This document shows positions 26,727 to 34,059 of a stretch of 64,000 bases of DNA, one piece after another. The notes below the pieces were generated by a model. That model worked only from the letters and a program-made list of their open reading frames with translations. It searched no databases and had not been told where the DNA came from. Positions within the stretch are counted from its first letter, which is position 1. Every line of letters begins with the position of its first letter. Position numbers and translations under genes: made by a program. Source of the DNA: a virus (Duplodnaviria; Caudoviricetes); IMG/VR virus record IMGVR_UViG_3300011405_000002, positions 1,451-65,450 of that record; one strand, 5' to 3'.

Positions 26727-28616
26727 GTGAATTATTACAATGACAACGATCCGGGAGCGGTGGGGTGGCTGAAAGGGTTGATAGCGAACGGGTTGATCTC
26801 GGAAGGGGTGGTGGATGATCGAAGCGTCGGTGATGTGCGGGGAGAGGATTTGCGGGGATACGAGCGGGTTGCTCTTTTCGCTGGGATTGCCGGATGGGAT
26901 CTCGCGTTCCAACTTGCAGGCTGGCCGGCAGGCCGACCTGTTTGGAGCGCCAGTTTCCCCTGTCAGCCGTTCAGTGCGGCCGGAAAAGGTAAAGGGGGCG
27001 AAGACGAGCGTCACTTGTGGCCGGTCGGACTCGGGCTCATCCGAGAGTGCAAACCTGAGTGCATTTTTGGGGAGCAGGTTGAAGCAGCGATTGGACACGG
27101 ATGGCTCGATCGAGTTTTCTCTGACCTGGAAGCAGAAGGTTACGCCTGCGGGGCGGTTATTCTCCCTGCTGCGAGCGTCGGCGCGCCGCATATCCGATCG
27201 AGGATATTCTGGGTGGCGGTCTCCAGACACGGGAGAAAACCGCGGGGGAGCGTATCAGGATCCAGAGAAGGCGCTTCGGCTCGCCGAAGCGGGGCATCAG
27301 ATCAATCTGGAGGATCAGAGCATTCTGGCGCATTGGCCAACCCCGGACGCGAGCGAGGGTGGACCAAGGACTCCGGACGCCCGGAGAGGTTCAGCGCCGG
27401 GATTGAAGGCAGCTTCGCTTTTGGCCCCACATCCGGAGGTACCGGTCCCGCCGTTGCTAACCGGATGGGCTCGCCCATCCGCGCGCGGGAGCCAGGAGCA
27501 GCCGATAGGATCGTGGCAGACTCCGAAAGCCGAAGAGAAAGTTCGGAGCGAGGAGTTCCTGCGGGGGCGATCTCCGAATCCAGTGGAGGTTTTCGGTTGG
27601 ACGAGTCCAACCGCAGTGGACGGCAGGAGGGGCAGTCTTCCTCCGAGACCGACAGACACGGGAGTTCTGTTGAGCCAGATGGTAGCGGTGTCAGGCTGGC
27701 CGTCACCCCTTGCGAGCGAAGTTCGCCAAGGCTATCAGAATCGCCACAACGGGAAGAAGGGGAGTCAGGAGAGTTTAATCACGATAGCCATTCATGCAGT
27801 TTACGGACTGCCAATTTCTGGTCCGACTTCGATCTCGTCCCCTGCGCAGACGGGAAAGCGAGGCGCGTTGGCTGCCGACTTCAGTTTGTGGTTGATGGGA
27901 TTTCCGAGGGCTTGGCTGCTGGTAGGACAGCGAGTATTCGCGAAGAGGAGCAAGTAGATGGGGAGGCCGAGGATGGAAGATCCGCTTCAATTTTGCAAAG
28001 CTTGCGGGGCGCAGATGCACCGGCAGAGGTTTCCGAACGGAGCATTGGAGGATCTGACTCAGTTCCGCAAGAGGGTCTTTTGCAACCAAGCCTGCATGGC
28101 TGCGTGGATGATGAAACCTGTCGAGTTACTCACAGTCGAAACGAGCCGAATCCGCGCCAGGAAGAATCGGAAGCCAGCGTGCGAAACCTGCGGCCGGACT
28201 CGCCGCTTGGTCGTTCACCATATGGACGAGAACCCATTCAACAACGAGTTGTCCAACCTGAAGACGTTGTGCATTACCTGTCACAATCGCTGGCATTGGG
28301 AACATGGGAAGCAGAATTCGAGACGAGCGGCGCCATGCCTGGTTTGCTCAAAGCCTTCCAGGCGTCACCGATACTGCGAGAAGCACGCGGAACGTTTCCG
28401 GAAATATGGCGATCCGCTACTGACGAAACGAGGCAATTCGTTGGGCAGTTTCTTTGTGCGCGAGGTGTCAGATGGGATCTCGTTAAGATCCTCGTTCCTA
28501 CCAAAGAGCAACCCGGTAGAGTAAAACTCTTGAAGGGCGCCGGCAACGCGATAGTGCCGTGGGTGGCTGCGGAGTTTATCCGAGCGTTTTTGGAATGGGA
28601 GGCAGAGCAATGCTGA
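26727..28616 (+). CDS. C5-cytosine DNA methyltransferase, alpha subunit (motifs I-VIII and X)
   Basis: YYNDND, LFAGIAG (I), FPCQPFS (IV), GEQV (VI), PH.RSRIFW (VIII), C-terminal LKGAGNAIVP (X); GTG start inferred. Confidence 0.85.
   Translation: MNYYNDNDPGAVGWLKGLIANGLISEGVVDDRSVGDVRGEDLRGYERVALFAGIAGWDLAFQLAGWPAGRPVWSASFPCQPFSAAGKGKGGEDERHLWPVGLGLIRECKPECIFGEQVEAAIGHGWLDRVFSDLEAEGYACGAVILPAASVGAPHIRSRIFWVAVSRHGRKPRGSVSGSREGASARRSGASDQSGGSEHSGALANPGRERGWTKDSGRPERFSAGIEGSFAFGPTSGGTGPAVANRMGSPIRAREPGAADRIVADSESRRESSERGVPAGAISESSGGFRLDESNRSGRQEGQSSSETDRHGSSVEPDGSGVRLAVTPCERSSPRLSESPQREEGESGEFNHDSHSCSLRTANFWSDFDLVPCADGKARRVGCRLQFVVDGISEGLAAGRTASIREEEQVDGEAEDGRSASILQSLRGADAPAEVSERSIGGSDSVPQEGLLQPSLHGCVDDETCRVTHSRNEPNPRQEESEASVRNLRPDSPLGRSPYGREPIQQRVVQPEDVVHYLSQSLALGTWEAEFETSGAMPGLLKAFQASPILREARGTFPEIWRSATDETRQFVGQFLCARGVRWDLVKILVPTKEQPGRVKLLKGAGNAIVPWVAAEFIRAFLEWEAEQC
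26815..27957 (+). CDS. Overprinted +1-frame ORF, probable methyltransferase beta subunit (motif IX)
   Basis: SRLKQRL...LTWK..TPAGR, six W-x-[TSR]-P repeats, C-terminal F.LWLMGFP.AW; true start uncertain. Confidence 0.7.
   Translation: MIEASVMCGERICGDTSGLLFSLGLPDGISRSNLQAGRQADLFGAPVSPVSRSVRPEKVKGAKTSVTCGRSDSGSSESANLSAFLGSRLKQRLDTDGSIEFSLTWKQKVTPAGRLFSLLRASARRISDRGYSGWRSPDTGENRGGAYQDPEKALRLAEAGHQINLEDQSILAHWPTPDASEGGPRTPDARRGSAPGLKAASLLAPHPEVPVPPLLTGWARPSARGSQEQPIGSWQTPKAEEKVRSEEFLRGRSPNPVEVFGWTSPTAVDGRRGSLPPRPTDTGVLLSQMVAVSGWPSPLASEVRQGYQNRHNGKKGSQESLITIAIHAVYGLPISGPTSISSPAQTGKRGALAADFSLWLMGFPRAWLLVGQRVFAKRSK
27958..28524 (+). CDS. HNH endonuclease nested inside the methyltransferase alpha ORF
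   Basis: CETCG...VHHMDENPFNNELSNLKTLCITCH; ATG directly follows the beta TAG. Confidence 0.8.
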   Translation: MGRPRMEDPLQFCKACGAQMHRQRFPNGALEDLTQFRKRVFCNQACMAAWMMKPVELLTVETSRIRARKNRKPACETCGRTRRLVVHHMDENPFNNELSNLKTLCITCHNRWHWEHGKQNSRRAAPCLVCSKPSRRHRYCEKHAERFRKYGDPLLTKRGNSLGSFFVREVSDGISLRSSFLPKSNPVE

Positions 28617-29209
28617 AAGCCGCGATTTACATTCGTGTAAGCACTGCAAAACAAGAGGGCGAGAACCAAGCCACCGTCCTGCGGGAGTACGCGGCCCGGG
28701 AGGGTTGGTCGGTCGTGGAGTACGAGGACCAGGCTTCCGGGAAGACTTCGGATCGGGAGGCGTTTAACCGGTTGTTTGAGGATGCGCGGTTGAAGAAGTT
28801 CGATCTGGTGTTGTTTTGGGCGTTGGACCGGTTTTCGAGGGAAGGGGCGCTGAAGACGCTGGAGTTGCTGCAGGAGTTGAGTAAAGCGGGTGTGGCGTGG
28901 AAGTCGTACTCGGAGCAGTACCTGGATTCGTTGGGGCCGTTCGCGGAGGCGGTGATTGCGATATTGGCGGCGATCGCGAAGCAGGAGCGGATCCGGATCT
29001 CGGAGCGCACTCTTGCCGGCTTGGCCCGGGCGAACGCAGAAGGGCGCCATGGAGGAAGGCCGGCGCGGATCTTTGATCGAGAGAAGGTGGTGGCTTTGAG
29101 GGAGCAGGGAAAGTCCTGGAACCAGATCTCCGCGGAGATGGGGATAGCGAAGGCGACGGCGATGAAGGCGTTCAAGCTTGCCCCACCGTCCCCCACGGCA
29201 GTAGGATAG
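28610..29209 (+). CDS. Small serine recombinase (resolvase/invertase) with C-terminal HTH
   Basis: IYIRVST.KQ, SGK..DR, LDRFSR; C-terminal GRP...SWNQIS.EMGIAKAT. Confidence 0.9.
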   Translation: MLKAAIYIRVSTAKQEGENQATVLREYAAREGWSVVEYEDQASGKTSDREAFNRLFEDARLKKFDLVLFWALDRFSREGALKTLELLQELSKAGVAWKSYSEQYLDSLGPFAEAVIAILAAIAKQERIRISERTLAGLARANAEGRHGGRPARIFDREKVVALREQGKSWNQISAEMGIAKATAMKAFKLAPPSPTAVG

Positions 29210-29213
29210 CGCG

Positions 29214-29483
29214 ATGAATCGAAGAGGCTTCTTTGAGATTGTTTCAGCGTTACCGGTGCTCGGGTGGTTTGGTAGGAAGTTCTTCGAGCCAAAGCCGAAA
29301 CCTACCGGCGAAGTGTTCTTCAGCCATCCTGATCTCAAGTTCACGATCTCGGAGGATCCGAACTGGAAAGCCGCGTGGTCTCCAGACTTTCCGTTTTGGC
29401 ACGGCGAATACCCTGTGTACGAAATCAAACTTCCCGGCTGGAAAAAGGTCTACATCGATCCCGATCTGAAGGAGAAACCATGA
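29214..29483 (+). CDS. Small protein with Tat-like leader
   Basis: MNRRGFFEIVSALPVLG. Confidence 0.5.
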   Translation: MNRRGFFEIVSALPVLGWFGRKFFEPKPKPTGEVFFSHPDLKFTISEDPNWKAAWSPDFPFWHGEYPVYEIKLPGWKKVYIDPDLKEKP

Positions 29484-30070
29484 AGCGACGCGGATTTCTG
29501 AGTTGCCTGCCGTTCCTGGCGCCGGCCGTTGTGGCTGCGGTGCCGAAGCAGGAGAACCCGGATGACTTCGAATGGGAAGGCTGTCGGGTGAAGTGGCGGG
29601 ATTACGTTGGAGAGCAGGCGAGCGATCGACTGGAAGGATTCTGGACGGCGTGGCCAATTCGAGAGGAAGACCGCAATCGCCAGTATCCCTATTTCGTTTC
29701 GATGACAAGCCGGGACTGGAACGAAGAGTCAATTGTCAGTCGCTACAATCCCGGGAACGCGTTTCGCATGGGATGCCTGATGATCACGCGACAGAGTTCG
29801 GACGATGAGAAAGAGACCGCCAAGACGGCATCTCTCGCCGCCCTGAAGCAGTTCATCCTCGACGAGAAGAAGCCTGAGCCGGAATACACTTTCAAGTTTT
29901 CAGGATTCAAAGCGCCGGTTGGCGGTTCTTATGACCCAGCGAGCGAATTCCCTGTCGATCAAGTCGTGACCGTTGACCTTTCCGCGTATCACCCTGAAGG
30001 CGGCCCGCTCTTTGGTGAGGTGTTCTCAGACCATCCGTTATTGGACTATGCGAGGCTGAAGCGTGGCTGA
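29480..30070 (+). CDS. Hypothetical protein with Tat-like leader
   Basis: MKRRGFLSCLPFLAPAVVAA; AAGGAG RBS. Confidence 0.5.
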   Translation: MKRRGFLSCLPFLAPAVVAAVPKQENPDDFEWEGCRVKWRDYVGEQASDRLEGFWTAWPIREEDRNRQYPYFVSMTSRDWNEESIVSRYNPGNAFRMGCLMITRQSSDDEKETAKTASLAALKQFILDEKKPEPEYTFKFSGFKAPVGGSYDPASEFPVDQVVTVDLSAYHPEGGPLFGEVFSDHPLLDYARLKRG

Positions 30071-30254
30071 TCCAGTCGATTTCTCAGCGCTCCAAGATTT
30101 GTACAACACTGTGCAAACTCAGTCTGGCGTCTGCGATCACGCCAGTTCAACGATCATGTTGGCCGATGGCGTGTATACGTTCCATTGTTCCGATTGTGGA
30201 CGTCACGGCATTGGAGATGAAAAGGCAGCACGATACCTGGGATGGATCGAATGA
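30063..30254 (+). CDS. Small Zn-ribbon protein
   Basis: VCDH...HCSDCG. Confidence 0.5.
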   Translation: MADPVDFSALQDLYNTVQTQSGVCDHASSTIMLADGVYTFHCSDCGRHGIGDEKAARYLGWIE

Positions 30255-30293
30255 CCTACGGCCTTATCGACCTGTCGGGAAACGCGGACTCTT

Positions 30294-30782
30294 TCAGCCG
30301 GCCGACTGAGCCTGACTCGTTCCAGAGGTTTGACCCGCGGCTTTCATTCTTTCGACCTCGGCGCGCAAATCGGAAATCTCCTGCTGGCGTTCCTCTTCAA
30401 GCTTCTGAAACGCTGTCGTCAGGTGGACAACTACCTCCTCGATCGCGTCCCGATACTGCTGCCGCGTAACCAGCTTTCCATCCAGCAAGTACCTGTAAAG
30501 CATCGCCAGAGGTTCGAGCACGCAATGTAGGAGCTCGTGGATGACGGACTGCTCCTGTCCATCCTTGCCGTCCGTAAAGAACTTCGGCATGAACGTGACG
30601 GTCGCAAACTTGTAGATCGAGTTCGGATCGCACTTTGCCCTGGTGTCGGGGTCGGCCTCATCGTAGGCGTCGAACATCGGCGTGATCCGGTAGTGTGAAA
30701 GAAACAGCACGTTGCGCCAGTACTTGATCGCTTCTGAGACTTCCGCCTTCTGGACGTCGGTGGGTTGGAAGGGGTCGCTCAA
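30294..30782 (-). CDS. HExxH metallopeptidase-like protein
   Basis: VIHELLHC followed by a distal E (EEVVVH); TTG start inferred. Confidence 0.6.
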   Translation of the reverse strand: MSDPFQPTDVQKAEVSEAIKYWRNVLFLSHYRITPMFDAYDEADPDTRAKCDPNSIYKFATVTFMPKFFTDGKDGQEQSVIHELLHCVLEPLAMLYRYLLDGKLVTRQQYRDAIEEVVVHLTTAFQKLEEERQQEISDLRAEVERMKAAGQTSGTSQAQSAG

Positions 30783-30955
30783 TTTGCCTCCGGAAGATTT
30801 CCGTCGTCGTCTATTTCGATCCCGCACCAGCAGCACTTATCCTGAGTCCAAATGCAGTTGCAGTGATGACCGCATTTCCGGAGAGATTTAGGGCACTCGT
30901 TTGGCTTGCCTTCAGATTCTTCGCAGGTTGAGCAGTGTCGATCGAGTTCGTTCAC
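30779..30955 (-). CDS. 58-aa protein with 9 Cys
   Basis: MNELDRHCSTC...CPKSLRKCGHHCNCIW...KCCWCG; GTGA overlap. Confidence 0.55.
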   Translation of the reverse strand: MNELDRHCSTCEESEGKPNECPKSLRKCGHHCNCIWTQDKCCWCGIEIDDDGNLPEAN

Positions 30956-31203
30956 AGTGCCAACTTCCTTCCGTTCTTCTCGTAGAGACCCCAGTGCGCC
31001 TGGCAGAAATCGATGTTTGGACCGAGAGCCTCTGCCGGCCGCGCGCAGTGCTCGCAGAGCCATCGGTCGCAGGTTCCCTTGGTAATCGGGTAATCGCACT
31101 GCCTGGAGCTGGGGCGCCCGCAGGAATCGCAGGGCTTTCGCTTCTGCCGACCACCGCAGATGATCCCGGAAACGCTTCCGATCTTGAACGGCGTGCAGGC
31201 CAT
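30952..31203 (-). CDS. Zn-finger protein
   Basis: CDSCG...CDYP...TCDRWLC..C...DFC..H. Confidence 0.65.
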   Translation of the reverse strand: MACTPFKIGSVSGIICGGRQKRKPCDSCGRPSSRQCDYPITKGTCDRWLCEHCARPAEALGPNIDFCQAHWGLYEKNGRKLAL

Positions 31204-31658
31204 TACCGCTCCCAGTTCCAGAGCTGGCGGTTTCCCTTGGCAGCAATCCCGGGCTCAAAGACGTCGATCATCTTCAGCATCCACGCATACCGACCGTCCT
31301 CGTAATTGCCGAACAGCATCTCTCTGTCGGTCAGTTCGTTTTCTAGCTCGGAGACGCGAACAACGTCGTATAGATTCACGACGCAGAGAACCTTTCCCGC
31401 TGGCAGTCCCTTGAGGATCGTGTCTACGCGACTCCCGGTCCTGTCGTCTCGGTCTCGACGTGCTCCAAAGACTTCAGCAAGCTCATCTCTGAAAGGCTCA
31501 GTCTGAGCAGACCGACCAAGCCATTTCACAGGAAGTTTCGCCGCAGAGTGAATTGCGAGTTCTCCGCGATACTTTGTCGACCAGCATCTCGTTTCAATCT
31601 TCTTCACTTCCATGGCTACGAGAGTGGCCCATGGTTGCCAGAGTGTTAAGGCCTTCAT
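31203..31658 (-). CDS. ASCH domain protein
   Basis: MKALTLWQPWA.L....K.IETR.W.T.YRG.LAIHS ... AKGN..LW. Confidence 0.85.
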   Translation of the reverse strand: MKALTLWQPWATLVAMEVKKIETRCWSTKYRGELAIHSAAKLPVKWLGRSAQTEPFRDELAEVFGARRDRDDRTGSRVDTILKGLPAGKVLCVVNLYDVVRVSELENELTDREMLFGNYEDGRYAWMLKMIDVFEPGIAAKGNRQLWNWER

Positions 31659-31879
31659 CAGTTCACCGTCTCGAACTGCGTGAGGATCGCCCGGTAGCGG
31701 GCCTGCTTGTAGGACTCGCCTTCTGCCGGCGTGGTGGATCCGACGCAGCGGTAGGGCGCGTCTGACTGGCACATCACACCTTTTCCGTCGTCCTTCGCTC
31801 TGGACGTGTAGCGGTGTTTCATCTCACAAGAACACTGTTGGACCCAAATTCGATCAGTCTCCGAAGCGGTTGCATTCAC
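31658..31879 (-). CDS. Small Zn-binding protein
   Basis: CSCEMKH...CQSD...YRC. Confidence 0.5.
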   Translation of the reverse strand: MNATASETDRIWVQQCSCEMKHRYTSRAKDDGKGVMCQSDAPYRCVGSTTPAEGESYKQARYRAILTQFETVN

Positions 31880-32117
31880 AGGACGATTCTCCTGGCTGCC
31901 GAAACTGACACTGGCCAGCTTCGTAGCGGTTCGAAAGGTTCATTCCCAGTTGGTGGAGGCTTTTGGCATGTCCGCACTTCAGACACTTCAAGGCGGACTT
32001 TCCAGCACCATAGATTGCCTCGTGCGGGGTGGACGGGTGATTCTGAGTGGCCAACCCTTTGAGTTTCGCGTTGCTGACGTTCGTACGTTGGTGGCGGGAG
32101 CGTCTCACTGGCGTCAC
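31854..32117 (-). CDS. Small Cys/His Zn-finger protein
   Basis: CLKCGH...H...C...CEC..F. Confidence 0.5.
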   Translation of the reverse strand: MTPVRRSRHQRTNVSNAKLKGLATQNHPSTPHEAIYGAGKSALKCLKCGHAKSLHQLGMNLSNRYEAGQCQFRQPGESSCECNRFGD

Positions 32118-32518
32118 CTACTCACTTTCTTGACGAGCGACTGAAACTGCGGACTCTCGGTTAACTGCCTGACAGGAACCGCCTCGCCACTGGCAATCTG
32201 CTCTTTTGAGGGCCACGCTGCGATTTGTGCGCTCTCCCGCTCCTGCATAACCCGAACTGCAATCGGCTGGACGTGCTTTCGAACATCAGCGGGCGTTGGA
32301 AATTCCGTGCAGGTTCCGCGGGCCGCCTTGAATGCGAGGTCGAGCACTTCCGGATTCGTCCGCTCGAACTCCTCAAGGAATTCGTCGAACCGTTCTGGAA
32401 AATCATCGAGAGTCTTTCCGTACATCGGGTAGATCGACGAGTAGCGTTTGAGCCAGTTTCCGACTAACAAAATCCTTTGCTGCTCTGGTGTTGGCGTTTT
32501 CTCGCTTGGGTTGCTCAT
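32114..32518 (-). CDS. Replicative helicase loader/inhibitor-like protein
   Basis: A........EFPTPADVR motif; directly downstream of an initiator-like ORF. Confidence 0.55.
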   Translation of the reverse strand: MSNPSEKTPTPEQQRILLVGNWLKRYSSIYPMYGKTLDDFPERFDEFLEEFERTNPEVLDLAFKAARGTCTEFPTPADVRKHVQPIAVRVMQERESAQIAAWPSKEQIASGEAVPVRQLTESPQFQSLVKKVSR

Positions 32519-32834
32519 GAGTCACCTTTTCGATAGCTGTGAACAAGGTTGGTTCGTCGTGAAGAACTTCCGTGCGTTCCTCGTAATAGTCTTCCCATCG
32601 GGTTAACCAAGTGCAGAGATGCAGAACATAGTGAGCGATCTCTTCGAGTGTTTCACCTCTGGCCATCTTCGTCCGGTACATCGTCGCGACTTCTATAGCG
32701 TAGGCGTCCCTGGCGATTGCCAGCTTACGAAGTCCGTTGTCTGTTTTGCAGATCGCATCGAAACGACGCTGGGCCCTGGATCGATCGCCGATCTTTATCC
32801 AAGGCCCTGATTTCTTAAACTCAAGCAGCGTCAT
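32403..32834 (-). CDS. Replication-initiator C-terminal-like domain without an evident N-terminal HTH
   Basis: YVLHLCTWLTRWED resembles the H..TWL...RWED motif of phage replisome organisers. Confidence 0.5.
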   Translation of the reverse strand: MTLLEFKKSGPWIKIGDRSRAQRRFDAICKTDNGLRKLAIARDAYAIEVATMYRTKMARGETLEEIAHYVLHLCTWLTRWEDYYEERTEVLHDEPTLFTAIEKVTHEQPKRENANTRAAKDFVSRKLAQTLLVDLPDVRKDSR

Positions 32835-32840
32835 TGGAGG

Positions 32841-33146
32841 CTAATAGCGTTCCGACCGTGACCGTCCGTGCCCGGTATCGTTGTCAGACCGCGGCGCCTT
32901 CGGTCTAGCCTCGTTGACGGTGAGCGATCGCCCGGCGAGGTTCGACCCGTTCGCCTTCTCGATCACCTTCCGAACATCCGTGTCTTCGGTGACGTCGACG
33001 AAGCCGAAGCCTTTTGACCTGCCCGTGTCGCGGTCCATCACGATATCGACCTTGATGACCTTGGCGCCGAACGATTGCATGTGGCGCGAGATGTCGTCCT
33101 GGCCGAGAGAAAAACTGAGGTTTCCTACATAGATGCGAGTGTTCAT
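32841..33146 (-). CDS. RRM (RNP-1) RNA-binding protein
   Basis: RNP2 IYVGNL, RNP1 KGFGFVDV, DRDTGRS, GRSLTVNEARP. Confidence 0.93.
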   Translation of the reverse strand: MNTRIYVGNLSFSLGQDDISRHMQSFGAKVIKVDIVMDRDTGRSKGFGFVDVTEDTDVRKVIEKANGSNLAGRSLTVNEARPKAPRSDNDTGHGRSRSERY

Positions 33147-33173
33147 GAGAATGAGAGTCCTTTCAGGTTTGAG

Positions 33174-33962
33174 TTATTGAGAGACGGGAATTGTAAGCTT
33201 TCTGATCATCACGTCGCCATCGAGGAAGTGGGAGTCGCAGACGAACTGGTTCTCGCCTTCGATCTGTTTGGTCGCAGGCCCGCTGCAGACCTTGCATGGT
33301 TGTCCGGCAGGCTGGTTCGCCTCCGCAGCTTTCTCGAGTTCCTTCTCTCGATCTTCCTGAGAGAGCGGTTGCTTATCGACCTGTTCGTTGGTGTCGAGGC
33401 GGAAGAGCCCGCGGGCATTCTCGCCTTCGAGGATTCTCCATTCGCACTTCACGCGCTCGAACGTGAACGGTTTCTTCAGGACGCGCGCGATCTCCTGCAT
33501 CTGCTCATCGATGTTTTTCAGGCGAGCATTGAAATCAGAGTCCGCGTCTTTCTTTTCTTCCTTCACTTCGAGGGCCGACTGATAGAGCAGCGCCAGGCGC
33601 GTCTTCTTCTGGTTGAGCAGTTCGTCACTCAACGGGAGCTCGATTTCTCGATGGATGACCCCAGGCGTGCTGAACAACTCCGGTTGAACTTCTGCGACAG
33701 GCGCGCGACCGTGGCCCGTCTCGGCAACGTGTGCTTCCATTCCTGAAAGCGTTGGTGATGTAAACGAGCAGCCAGCGGAACAGACGTATCCGCTGCGGTC
33801 AGGCTCCTCCTCTTGATCGACGACTGATCCGACGTCGATTATATTTTCAGATCCAACGATCTCCTCTGCGGTGGGACCGTCGAGAAACGATTCTTCGATA
33901 ACAGTAACGCCACTTTCCGACGTCACTTTCATTTCAGGCTTTGGCCCGGCTTTCCCTTTCAT
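33174..33962 (-). CDS. Hypothetical acidic protein with Zn-finger-like segments
   Basis: ATG at 33962 with AAGGAG RBS (the track's TTG start is the -35 box); CSAGC...H..TGH and CKVC...C..H. Confidence 0.65.
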   Translation of the reverse strand: MKGKAGPKPEMKVTSESGVTVIEESFLDGPTAEEIVGSENIIDVGSVVDQEEEPDRSGYVCSAGCSFTSPTLSGMEAHVAETGHGRAPVAEVQPELFSTPGVIHREIELPLSDELLNQKKTRLALLYQSALEVKEEKKDADSDFNARLKNIDEQMQEIARVLKKPFTFERVKCEWRILEGENARGLFRLDTNEQVDKQPLSQEDREKELEKAAEANQPAGQPCKVCSGPATKQIEGENQFVCDSHFLDGDVMIRKLTIPVSQ

Positions 33963-33987
33963 TGCGGTGGACTCCTTTCGAGAGCGC

Positions 33988-34016
33988 AGAATAGACATCG
34001 TTAAACAAAATGTCAA
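33988..34016 (-). promoter_or_regulatory. Leftward sigma70-type promoter
   Basis: TTGACA-17 nt-TATTCT on the minus strand; the spacer carries GACAT-N11-ATGTC. Confidence 0.75.
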
Positions 34017-34024
34017 CTGCGAAC

Positions 34025-34053
34025 TTTACATTCTGATTGTCATTGTGTATGGT
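34025..34053 (+). promoter_or_regulatory. Rightward sigma70-type promoter (leaderless transcript predicted)
   Basis: TTTACA-17 nt-TATGGT, with ATG 6 nt later. Confidence 0.65.
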
Positions 34054-34059
34054 GTGCGC

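Noticed and set aside
28274-29428. 384-aa minus-strand ORF
   Set aside because: Antisense shadow of the methylase end and recombinase; no motifs.
33963-34016. TTG start of the 280-aa ORF in the track
   Set aside because: It coincides with the -35 box; ATG 33962 has a proper RBS.
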